Below, piece by piece: positions 28,768 to 35,206 of a stretch of 64,000 bases of DNA; within the stretch, counting starts at the first letter, position 1, and each line of letters begins with the position of its first letter. Location: IMG/VR virus record IMGVR_UViG_3300021425_000006, one strand, 5' to 3'. The notes under the pieces were generated by a model. That model worked only from the letters and a program-made list of their open reading frames with translations. It ran no database searches and was not told the origin of the DNA. The position numbers and the translations under genes are program-made. Origin of the DNA: a virus.

Positions 28768-29862
28768 ATGTTGGATGCATTAAAAACACTTTTTGAAAAC
28801 GATGTAGTTTCAGAAGATGTGCGTCAGCAAATTCAAGAAGCATGGGACCAGAAGGTGACAGAAAATCGCCAAGAGGTAACAGCAGAACTACGTGAAGAGT
28901 TTGCACAGAAATACGAACACGATAAATCAACTATGGTTGAAGCTATCGATTCGTTAGTAAGTGAAAAACTTGCAGAGGAAATTTCCGAGTTTGCAGAAGA
29001 CCGCAAACAACTAGCAGAAGCAAAAGCAAAATATGCAGTAGCAATGCGTGAAAACGCAGGCCTACTAAAAGAGTTTGTTATTGAACAACTAGGTAAAGAA
29101 GTTTCTGAATTACACGAAGACCAAAAAGCTATGGCTGAAAACTTTAGCAAATTGGAAGAATTTGTCGTCGAGCAACTTGCAAAAGAAATTGCAGAATTTG
29201 CAGAAGATAAAAAAGACTTAGCCGAAACAAAAGTACGATTAGTACGTGAAGCTAAATCACACTTCGCTAAAGTCAAAAAAGACTTTATCGAAAGAAGTGC
29301 AACTAAAGTATCTGAAATTGTTGAATCAACACTTAACAGTGAGATTGGACAACTTAAAGAAGATATTGAAGAAGCACGTAGAAACGACTTCGGTCGTAAG
29401 TTGTTTGAAGCATTCGCTAGCGAATACTCAAATAGCTACCTAAATGAAAAGTCGGAGACTGCTAAACTAATGAAAGTTTTAGATGCTAAAGATCTACAAC
29501 TTGCAGAAGCAAAAGCATTTGCGGCAAAGGCAAAACAATTAGCTGAATCGGTTAATGTTGAAAAACAAAAATTAATTGAATCAGCAGAAAGAGCAACCGT
29601 TCTAAATGAATTGACAGGACCTTTATCGAAAGATCAAAAGGAAATTATGTCAGACTTACTGGAATCAGTTCAAACACCTAAACTACGTTCGGCGTTTGAT
29701 AAGTACTTACCTACTGTTATTGACGGTAATACTCCAGCTAAAAAGAAGGCGCTTACAGAAGGCAAAGAGATAACAGGCAACAGAGAAGAAATGACAACAA
29801 ACAGTAGACAAGCAGAGGACAATAATGTCGTTGACATTCGTCGTCTAGCTGGATTAAATTAA
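28768..29862 (+). CDS. gp22: Prohead scaffolding protein
   Basis: Coiled-coil E/K/A-rich protein between gp21 and gp23. Confidence 0.85.
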   Translation: MLDALKTLFENDVVSEDVRQQIQEAWDQKVTENRQEVTAELREEFAQKYEHDKSTMVEAIDSLVSEKLAEEISEFAEDRKQLAEAKAKYAVAMRENAGLLKEFVIEQLGKEVSELHEDQKAMAENFSKLEEFVVEQLAKEIAEFAEDKKDLAETKVRLVREAKSHFAKVKKDFIERSATKVSEIVESTLNSEIGQLKEDIEEARRNDFGRKLFEAFASEYSNSYLNEKSETAKLMKVLDAKDLQLAEAKAFAAKAKQLAESVNVEKQKLIESAERATVLNELTGPLSKDQKEIMSDLLESVQTPKLRSAFDKYLPTVIDGNTPAKKKALTEGKEITGNREEMTTNSRQAEDNNVVDIRRLAGLN

Positions 29863-29872
29863 GGAGATAATT

Positions 29873-31048
29873 ATGTCAGAACTACTAGAAAGTCGCTGGC
29901 AGGAAACCAAAGGCGCACTTCTTGAAGGCTTAAACGGCAACAAGAAAAGCGTGATGGCTGCTACACTTGAGAATACTCGTAAGTATTTGTCAGAGAGTGC
30001 AACAGCTGGTGCAAGTTCCGCCGGTAACGTCGCAACCTTAAATCGTGTGATCCTTCCAGTGATCAGACGTGTAATGCCAACCGTTATTGCTAACGAGTTA
30101 GTTGGTGTTCAACCTATGACTGGACCAGTTGGTCAGATCCACACATTGAGAGTACGTTATGCAGATGCAGTAAACTCAACAAATGGAACAGACACAGCAG
30201 CTGGTGATGAGGCTTTAAGCCCATTCAAGATTGCTGAAGCGTATTCAGGTGCTTTAGATGATAAAGCAGCTGCTACATCAGCGTTAGAAGGCTCAGCTGG
30301 TAACAGACTTAGCATTCAAATCTTGAAGCAAACTGTAGAAGCGAAATCCAGAAAGCTATCAGCTCGCTGGACTTTTGAAGCAGCTCAGGATGCACAATCA
30401 CAGCACGGTATTGATGTTGAAGCAGAAATTATGGCTGCATTAGCACAAGAAATTACTGCTGAGATTGACCAAGAAGTAATTGCTAGCCTTTACAGCCTAG
30501 CAGGATCTGCAGAGTCAGATGTTCAATATGATCAAGCAGGTGTTAGCGGAACAGCTACATTTGTTGGTGATGAACATGCAGCTTTAGCAGTGATGATTAA
30601 CAGAGCAGCTAACAAAATTGCTCAGCGTACACGTCGTGGCGCTGGTAACTTTGCTGTTGTTTCACCACACACTTTAACAGTATTACAAAGTGCTACTACT
30701 TCAGCGTTTGCAAGAACAACTGAAGGTTCTTTTGAAGCACCTACAAATACTAAATTAGTTGGTACATTAAACAATGCAATGAAAGTATATGTTAACACAT
30801 ACGCTTCAGACGCAACTGATGTATTAGTTGGTTATAAAGGTTCAAGTGAATCAGACGCAGCTGCATTCTACTGCCCATACATTCCGTTAATGAGCAGTGG
30901 AGTTGTATTAGACCCAGACACATTCGAACCTGTTGTGAGCTTCATGACACGTTACGGATATGTTGAGTTAAACAACACAGCATCATCTCTTGGTAACGCA
31001 GCTGACTACTTGGCACGTGTAAGCGTAGCTAACGTAAGCTTCAGTTAA
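29873..31048 (+). CDS. gp23: Major capsid protein
   Basis: LPVIRRVMP..IA..LVGVQPMTGPVGQI, VEAKSRKLSARWTFEAAQD, AFYCPYIPL, FMTRYG. Confidence 0.97.
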   Translation: MSELLESRWQETKGALLEGLNGNKKSVMAATLENTRKYLSESATAGASSAGNVATLNRVILPVIRRVMPTVIANELVGVQPMTGPVGQIHTLRVRYADAVNSTNGTDTAAGDEALSPFKIAEAYSGALDDKAAATSALEGSAGNRLSIQILKQTVEAKSRKLSARWTFEAAQDAQSQHGIDVEAEIMAALAQEITAEIDQEVIASLYSLAGSAESDVQYDQAGVSGTATFVGDEHAALAVMINRAANKIAQRTRRGAGNFAVVSPHTLTVLQSATTSAFARTTEGSFEAPTNTKLVGTLNNAMKVYVNTYASDATDVLVGYKGSSESDAAAFYCPYIPLMSSGVVLDPDTFEPVVSFMTRYGYVELNNTASSLGNAADYLARVSVANVSFS

Positions 31049-31071
31049 GTTTTACTAAGCGTAAAAGCATT

Positions 31072-31099
31072 AAAGGGCGGCTTAGGTCGCCCTTTTTTT
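31072..31099 (+). terminator. Rho-independent terminator after gp23
   Basis: AAAGGGCGGC-TTAG-GTCGCCCTTT followed by a T run. Confidence 0.9.
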
Positions 31100-31189
31100 A
31101 TGACCTTTTAATGATTTTACGTATGACTTTTGCTCAATAATGTGTTTAAATAATAGTGTAGTTTTTATTAACTAACTAGGAGAAAGCAT

Positions 31190-31261
31190 ATGTGGACAAA
31201 ACCTTCATATACAGAAATGCGTTTTGGTTTCGAAGTAACAATGTATGTAATGAACAAGTAA
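31190..31261 (+). CDS. pqqA: Pyrroloquinoline quinone precursor peptide PqqA (23 aa)
   Basis: MWTKPSYTEMRFGFEVTMYVMNK*: MWxKP leader and GFEVTMY core with E-x3-Y; SD AGGAG; late motif TAAATA at 31147-52; own terminator. Confidence 0.93.
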   Translation: MWTKPSYTEMRFGFEVTMYVMNK

Positions 31262-31300
31262 AGTACATGCATAGATTGCTAGAAACGCAAGACTGCGAAT

Positions 31301-31320
31301 AACCCGCTTCGGCGGGTTTT
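31301..31320 (+). terminator. Terminator after pqqA
   Basis: AACCCGC-TTCG-GCGGGTT-TT. Confidence 0.85.
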
Positions 31321-31337
31321 CAATGATAAATATTATT

Positions 31338-31404
31338 AGAGTAGTCCACTTTAGAGACTCGCATAGGTTCATGCGTTAAAAGAATCGTAGATATCCAAAA
31401 GGAG
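31338..31404 (+). promoter_or_regulatory. Structured 5' leader with H-type pseudoknot upstream of YRG peptide
   Basis: S1 CGCAT/ATGCG (31360-64/31371-75); loop GGTTC (31366-70) pairs with GAATC (31382-86); starts at the predicted late TSS. Confidence 0.5.
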
Positions 31405-31411
31405 AAATACG

Positions 31412-31474
31412 ATGACTAAAGAACTAACATTTATATATCGCGGTGTCAAGTATACTAAAACCGTAACAGTATAA
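31412..31474 (+). CDS. 20-aa YRG peptide (DUF4278/Downstream-peptide-like)
   Basis: MTKELTFIYRGVKYTKTVTV*, strong SD AAGGAG; YRGVxY motif. Confidence 0.8.
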   Translation: MTKELTFIYRGVKYTKTVTV

Positions 31475-31511
31475 ACCAGTAGACAGGGACGTCTTTTAAA
31501 TAAATAATTAT

Positions 31512-31558
31512 ACGTTCATCCATAAGGACGGAAGTAGACAATAATGTCGAAGGAACGC
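31512..31558 (+). ncRNA. Glutamine riboswitch class I (glnA RNA motif)
   Basis: P1 CGTTC/GAACG, P2 TCC-ATAA-GGA, GGAAGTA...GAAG E-loop, P3 GACA-ATAA-TGTC; begins 5 nt after TAAATA (31501-06). Confidence 0.88.
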
Positions 31559-31584
31559 ATCTTTTAGAAATAGGAGATGTCGAT

Positions 31585-31749
31585 ATGACTAAACTACAAG
31601 CAATGGCATTTAAGCATGCCTTAAAACAAACCCTTAAACATGATAAGCACCCAAGAGTATTAAATTACAATATGCAAAAGCGTCTTGGACTTATTAGTGA
31701 TGCAAGAAAAGAACATAAAAACTTTTTTGTTCCGGATTATTTAAAATAA
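31585..31749 (+). CDS. 54-aa basic peptide downstream of the glutamine riboswitch
   Basis: MTKLQAMAFKHALKQTLKHDKHPRVLNYNMQKRLGLISDARKEHKNFFVPDYLK*; SD AGGAG; followed by a terminator. Confidence 0.8.
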   Translation: MTKLQAMAFKHALKQTLKHDKHPRVLNYNMQKRLGLISDARKEHKNFFVPDYLK

Positions 31750-31763
31750 ATTGCATAGTCATT

Positions 31764-31803
31764 AAAAAGCTCTGCTAGGAAACTGGTAGAGCTTTTTCTT
31801 TTT
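31764..31803 (+). terminator. Rho-independent terminator
   Basis: AAAAAGCTCTGCTAG-GAAA-CTGGTAGAGCTTTTT followed by a T run. Confidence 0.88.
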
Positions 31804-31816
31804 CATAAATACTTGT

Positions 31817-32224
31817 ATGAAGGACGAATACATTCCTATAATGTATGATATCGTACAAGACACTTCACAAACCACTGGAGTACAACTTCCTGTTGACGTA
31901 GAACATTATATTGTTGCTCTATTAGCTTACCATGTTGACAGGCCAGACTTTTTTCCTAAAACTCTTGCAGAGTCTTATCTAACTATTAACAATTATAGAG
32001 ATGCAAAAACATTGGGCGACACTTGCTTATTCGTTGCAGGAATATTCCCTGACTATAAATTAAACTCTAAGTACGTAAGCGATGTAGGCAAGTCAAGTTA
32101 CATACATGTATCAGAAAGTTTACATAATGAATTATTTAAAACATTAGGTATACATTTTGACTATCTTAGTAAATTTTTGAATAGCATACAAGATAAGAAC
32201 TCTTTGAGAACTAACTTCTTTTGA
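31817..32224 (+). CDS. Hypothetical protein (predicted leaderless)
   Basis: 135 aa, KTLGDTCLFVAGIFP motif; TAAATA-N5-ATG. Confidence 0.75.
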   Translation: MKDEYIPIMYDIVQDTSQTTGVQLPVDVEHYIVALLAYHVDRPDFFPKTLAESYLTINNYRDAKTLGDTCLFVAGIFPDYKLNSKYVSDVGKSSYIHVSESLHNELFKTLGIHFDYLSKFLNSIQDKNSLRTNFF

Positions 32225-32235
32225 TAAATACTTGT

Positions 32236-32320
32236 GTCGATAGTGTGCCGCAAGGCGGACTTATGCTGTTTACCCACAGCGTAGCTCATAGAACGGGCAT
32301 TGGACTACTATTATAGGAGA
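32236..32320 (+). promoter_or_regulatory. Structured multi-stem 5' leader
   Basis: GCC-GCAA-GGC, TATGCTGT/ACAGCGTA and GCTC/GGGC stems enclosed by ATAGT/ACTAT; follows late motif TAAATA (32225-30). Confidence 0.5.
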
Positions 32321-32326
32321 AAAAAA

Positions 32327-32776
32327 ATGGGAAGACCACTTAATAAAAGATTGTTTGGAACGCCAACAGCGGCAGGCAACGAAATCAAAGTAAACTTTCA
32401 TAACGGCACAGCAGTTAAAGAAGGTTATATTGTAAGGCAAAAAGCATCAAAGAAATTTGTATGTGAAGAAATTGAAACAGCAGGTGAATTTACTTGTACA
32501 CTAACAACTGGTAAATTACCAGCGGCATTAGCAGCAGGCGAAATGGCTATTTCATTCAAAATGGATGATGAAGAAACTTACACAGTAAGTAAAATTTCTG
32601 GACGTAAAGCTACATTGTCAGCACCAAGTGCAACAGGCTCAAACGCATATGATGGAAAATCAGTACCATGGAACTTTGCAACATCTACTTCAGATGGCGC
32701 AGCACAAGTTGAAGAAGCTGGTGATGATAACACATTAGTCGGTACTGATGACGACGACTTCACAGAAGACGCATAA
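32327..32776 (+). CDS. Virion structural/hypothetical protein (start corrected to 32327)
   Basis: SD AGGAG precedes ATG 32327 (MGRPLNKRLFG), in frame with the 32300 TTG ORF. Confidence 0.8.
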   Translation: MGRPLNKRLFGTPTAAGNEIKVNFHNGTAVKEGYIVRQKASKKFVCEEIETAGEFTCTLTTGKLPAALAAGEMAISFKMDDEETYTVSKISGRKATLSAPSATGSNAYDGKSVPWNFATSTSDGAAQVEEAGDDNTLVGTDDDDFTEDA

Positions 32777-32787
32777 GGACTGAATTA

Positions 32788-33153
32788 ATGGAACGACCAA
32801 TCAATGTTTTTTGGGATTTTATAAGAAATCTAAAAGACTTAGTCGTTTCGGTTAAAATAGGAAACTCTAAGGCAGATCCATTTGGGTCTGTTTTAGAGCA
32901 ACTTAGCGAAACAGAATTTAAAGTTGAGGACACAAACGGAAATCAAGGAGTGTGTAAACTAGTAGAAAAACAAACAGATGATTTAGACAGCAACGAAATG
33001 TCTTTATTAGGATTTGTTTTATCAAGTTCGACATTTGTTTATATTTCCAAACTTGTTCGCAACATAATGGAAGATTTTGAAAATAATAAATTTAGTTGGG
33101 ACGTTGAAAATGATTCAACAACCAACATACTAATTTTAACAGGGAAAATATAA
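32788..33153 (+). CDS. Hypothetical protein, probable diverged paralog of 32327 gene
   Basis: MERPIN vs MGRPLN; GSVLEQLSETEFKV...CKLV...NEMSL vs GYIVRQKASKKFVC...CTLT...GEMAI. Confidence 0.7.
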   Translation: MERPINVFWDFIRNLKDLVVSVKIGNSKADPFGSVLEQLSETEFKVEDTNGNQGVCKLVEKQTDDLDSNEMSLLGFVLSSSTFVYISKLVRNIMEDFENNKFSWDVENDSTTNILILTGKI

Positions 33154-34245
33154 ATGGCAAGATATTCTAAAATAGATGGAAACTATGTTTTAGCTGTTAC
33201 TGACGGCGGAGAAATTAAACTCGACGTAGGTCCAAATGCCAGCGGCGGTACTGTTAGAATTACAGGTGATTTAGTTGTTGAAGGAGAGACTACGACAATT
33301 GAAACAACTGAATTAAAAGTTGAAGATAGAATTATTACACTTAATCAAACTTCAGCAGCTATTGCAGCTGTTCCTGGTAGAGTAGCAGGACTTGAAGTTT
33401 ACAGAGGATCATCTGATGAAGTTTACTTTGTATTTGATGAGGACGTTGAAAACGGTCCAGGTAACTTACTTGGATACGGTGCATGGGCAGCTAGAAAAGT
33501 AGTTCCATCGACATCGGGTTCAACGTTATTAGGACTTCAGACAAACAGCATTGATACTAAAGGTGCTAGTTTATATCTTATAAATCAAGGCAGTGGTGCT
33601 ATTGTTACAGTTGAAGGTTGTGTTGACTATCAAGAAAACATATATCCTTACGTAACACCAGGTAGCAATGATATTGATGTTAACTCAGCAATTACTAAAC
33701 CAGATGGACTTGTTAACGCACAAGCAGTTGCAGACTATACACAATCATTTTTCCAAGGTAGATTCCAAGATAAAATTCAAGAAGGAACAACTACTACTTC
33801 GTCAGTTGAAGTTTTTGACTTTGAAGTAGCAGGCGCATTAGATCCTTCCGATCCAGGATACCGTTCAGAAAGTCAAATTGAATTTGAACTTGACGGTACC
33901 GTAGTAAGTAGATTCTTTGGTGGCAAAGTTCAGTTACAACATATTGAAATTGACGACACTACTATATCAACAACATCAGCAAGTGATTTAGTAATAAAAG
34001 CACCAGGAACTAACAGTGTAAGAATAGATGATATATTACATTTAACGCCAGGACCATTTGATAATGATGCTAACTTAGGCGTTGATGCTGATACAACAAA
34101 ACCTGATTATCCAACGTCAGGAATCAAAGTGTATGCTGACACCGAATCAGTTGGTGGCACAGGCTTACATTTTGTAAATAGTAATAACAAGGCAGACGAA
34201 GTAATTAGTCGTAATAGAGCTATATTATATTCGATGATATTTTAG
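33154..34245 (+). CDS. Virion structural (fibre/neck-type) protein
   Basis: VRITGDLVVEGETTTIETTELKVEDRIITLN...AGLEVYRG motif common in T4-like fibre proteins. Confidence 0.65.
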   Translation: MARYSKIDGNYVLAVTDGGEIKLDVGPNASGGTVRITGDLVVEGETTTIETTELKVEDRIITLNQTSAAIAAVPGRVAGLEVYRGSSDEVYFVFDEDVENGPGNLLGYGAWAARKVVPSTSGSTLLGLQTNSIDTKGASLYLINQGSGAIVTVEGCVDYQENIYPYVTPGSNDIDVNSAITKPDGLVNAQAVADYTQSFFQGRFQDKIQEGTTTTSSVEVFDFEVAGALDPSDPGYRSESQIEFELDGTVVSRFFGGKVQLQHIEIDDTTISTTSASDLVIKAPGTNSVRIDDILHLTPGPFDNDANLGVDADTTKPDYPTSGIKVYADTESVGGTGLHFVNSNNKADEVISRNRAILYSMIF

Positions 34246-34255
34246 AGGATAAGAA

Positions 34256-34642
34256 ATGGCAATACATAATGTACAAATTGGTAGCAACGATGACGGTAAC
34301 GGTCGTACTAGCCTTTTACCAGATAGTAACCCAGGCGGTGCTGCAGACTTCCGTGTTCCGGTAGGTAAAAAATGGGCTATTACAACTATACTATTTTGTA
34401 ATACAGGAATAGCAGATCCTGACACACCAAATAGTGATTTAACATATTTAAGTTTGCACTTTGTAAAAGGTGGCGAGCCAGCAGGGGATAAAAACTTAGT
34501 TCTTAACGCCATTCCAATACCAGGTGGTGAAACTTTTACGTTTGACACAGAAAAAATAATTTTAGAAGAAAACGACTTAGTATATGCACTTACTACATCA
34601 CCAGAAGTTATTAGTGCAACAATTAGTTATTTGGAAGTATAA
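34256..34642 (+). CDS. Small beta-rich structural protein (family shared with 47043 and 61748 genes)
   Basis: VP.G...ITTILFCN...IPGGETF...EKIILE...ATISYLEV pattern. Confidence 0.65.
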   Translation: MAIHNVQIGSNDDGNGRTSLLPDSNPGGAADFRVPVGKKWAITTILFCNTGIADPDTPNSDLTYLSLHFVKGGEPAGDKNLVLNAIPIPGGETFTFDTEKIILEENDLVYALTTSPEVISATISYLEV

Positions 34643-35166
34643 TGAGATACATTCGTAGGCAAAGTACAAACACAAGAGGACTTGTAGGCAAAGGTGTTAA
34701 CTACACAGTCGACGACGAAGTTCGCCTTGATAGTGCGAATGCTGTATTAGTACCAAAAGGGTCTACAGCAGAGCGTCCTACCTATCCAAATAACGGACAT
34801 CTACGTTACAATACAGATGAAAATAAATTCGAACTTTATGAAGCCGGTGCATGGAGATCTGCAAGATTTTCAGAGCCAGTACGTGCAGGCATTAAAGTAC
34901 AAACGCTTGGCCTTGGTGATGCATCAGAACAATTTTTTGGAGTATTAGACAGCGGCGATACAGACTATCCTGTTCCAGTAGCACCACAAAATATTTTAGT
35001 TTTTGTTGAAAACGTTTTTCAACTTCCAGCAAATGAACACGGAGTTGGCGGCAACTACGATATCGTTCAAAATCCAGCAGGAAAACCAACAGGATATTAT
35101 ATCTACTTTAACGAAGCTCCTCCAGTAGGCAAACCTGTTACTGTTATCCATAACTTCGACAAATAA
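34642..35166 (+). CDS. Structural protein with PxGxTAxRP...G.LRYNT fibre motif
   Basis: VPKGSTAERP...GHLRYNTDENKFELYEAGAW; same motif at the C-termini of the 35207 and 41370 proteins and the N-terminus of the 63004 protein. Confidence 0.65.
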   Translation: MRYIRRQSTNTRGLVGKGVNYTVDDEVRLDSANAVLVPKGSTAERPTYPNNGHLRYNTDENKFELYEAGAWRSARFSEPVRAGIKVQTLGLGDASEQFFGVLDSGDTDYPVPVAPQNILVFVENVFQLPANEHGVGGNYDIVQNPAGKPTGYYIYFNEAPPVGKPVTVIHNFDK

Positions 35167-35206
35167 GTTTTCCGCTAAATACTGTATATAAGGAACTAAT
35201 TGCAGT

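Noticed and set aside
32300-32326. TTG start at 32300 given in the ORF track
   Set aside because: The SD (AGGAG) lies downstream of it and points to ATG 32327.
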